Positions 25,832-26,724 of a stretch of 26,724 nucleotides of DNA are shown in pieces. Position numbers and translations under genes: made by a program. The notes under the pieces were generated by a model. It had not been told where the DNA came from, did no database searches, and saw nothing but the letters and a program-made list of their open reading frames with translations. This DNA is from an uncultured Methanosarcinales archaeon. GTDB taxonomy: Archaea > Nanobdellota > Nanobdellia > Woesearchaeales > UBA12501. The stretch covers positions 1 through 26,724 of the forward strand of contig CAZRZZ010000001.1 in assembly GCA_964604755.1 (NCBI GenBank), read 5' to 3'. How positions within the stretch are numbered: the first letter of the stretch is position 1; each line of letters starts with the position of its first letter.

Positions 25832-26674
25832 ATGGCACAAAGAAAAGCGCAAACAGCAAAGAAAGAGAGACAAAAGATAGCAAAGAAAAAACTTGAGAAG
25901 ACAAAACAAGTCACCCTCTCCATCTTCCGATACGACCCAACGAAAGAAAAAAATGGGCACTATAAAGATTTCACGATCGACGCCCCTGCGCACTTCACGC
26001 TCCTGGACTGTCTTGTACACATCAAGGACAACATCGACGGCTCTGTCACATTCCGTCGCAACTGCAAGAACGCGATATGTGGATCATGCGCGATGCGCGT
26101 CAACGGTCAGGCGCTGCTTGCCTGCAAGGAGCACATCCACGAACTGCAGAAAAGATATGACGAAAAGCTCGAGGTTTCCGCGATGGGGAATATGCCGGTG
26201 ATCAAGGACCTCGTCACCGATATGCGTCCGTTCTGGGAGCAGCATGAGGCCGTGCGGCCCTGGCTCATCCGCAAAAGCGAAGACCCAAAGCAAGAGCATA
26301 TCATGTCTCCAGGGGATCGGGACGAGCTCGTTCAGATGGCCAATTGCATCCAATGCGGCGCGTGCTACTCGGACTGCAACACGGCGCAGGTTGAGCCGCG
26401 TTTCATCGGGCCAGCAGCGCTCGCCAAGGCCTGGCGTTTTGCAGCAGATACGCGCGATGAGGCAAGAAAAGAGCGCCTTGATATCTATGAAAAACCGCAT
26501 GGGCATTGGGACTGCACGCACTGCTTCTATTGTGTCGAAGTTTGCCCGATGGATGTCGCCCCGATGGATCAGATCCTCAAGCTGCGCAAGGCCGCAATCG
26601 AGGCAGGACATAGGGGGCCGGGCCAGCGACATCATGACGCGTTTGTAGATTCTGTGCACACAAGCGGGCTACTC
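25832..26674 (+). CDS. sdhB: Succinate dehydrogenase iron-sulfur subunit, 3' truncated
   Basis: Manual translation from ATG 25832: RRNCKNAICGSC...C [2Fe-2S], CIQCGACYSDC, CTHCFYCVEVCP. Open until the adapter; absent from the ORF track. Confidence 0.93.
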
Positions 26675-26724
26675 CTGTCTCTTATACACATCTCCGAGCC
26701 CACGAGACTAGGCATGATCTCGTA
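26675..26724 (+). other. Illumina Nextera adapter read-through (artefact)
   Basis: CTGTCTCTTATACACATCT (mosaic end) + CCGAGCCCACGAGAC + 8-nt index TAGGCATG + ATCTCGTA (start of the P7 side). Confidence 0.99.

Noticed and set aside
26675-26724. SdhB C-terminal LSLIHISEPTR as real protein sequence
   Set aside because: It is the translation of the Nextera adapter.

Overview
Archaeal chromosomal segment, most consistent with a DPANN (Nanobdellota/Woesearchaeota-like) genome; the taxonomy is inferred from TATA boxes about 25 nt before many starts, tRNAs without encoded CCA, an intron-containing tRNA, archaeal-type ValRS, a Ygr210-type Obg GTPase and oapABC/arvABC. It contains about 32 CDS and two tRNAs. 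Housekeeping genes: truD, adk, valS, cysS, tRNA-Arg(CCT) and tRNA-Thr(TGT) with a 37-nt intron. The oapABC/arvABC small-GTPase operon sits back-to-back with an enlarged UPF0175-HTH + DUF3368-type PIN pair, followed by four membrane-anchored proteins. A thiol-redox/envelope cluster (Trx-fold, DsbA, 6-TM protein, glutaredoxin, bacterial-type lgt) precedes a partial TCA block (sucC-IMPase-sucD, sdhAB; SdhB has a four-Cys third cluster). Non-coding oddities: an 18-bp duplication of the tRNA-Arg 3' end around an 81-nt palindromic insert, a 66-nt IS200/IS605-end-like palindrome, a G8 frameshift in a DUF4349 gene, and a 5-kb frame interrupted only by TAG. Two real CDS absent from the ORF track run off the edges (a six-hairpin glycosidase at 1-1081 and sdhB from 25832). 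The last 50 nt are Nextera adapter, not genome. All family calls come from motif recognition; no searches were run.
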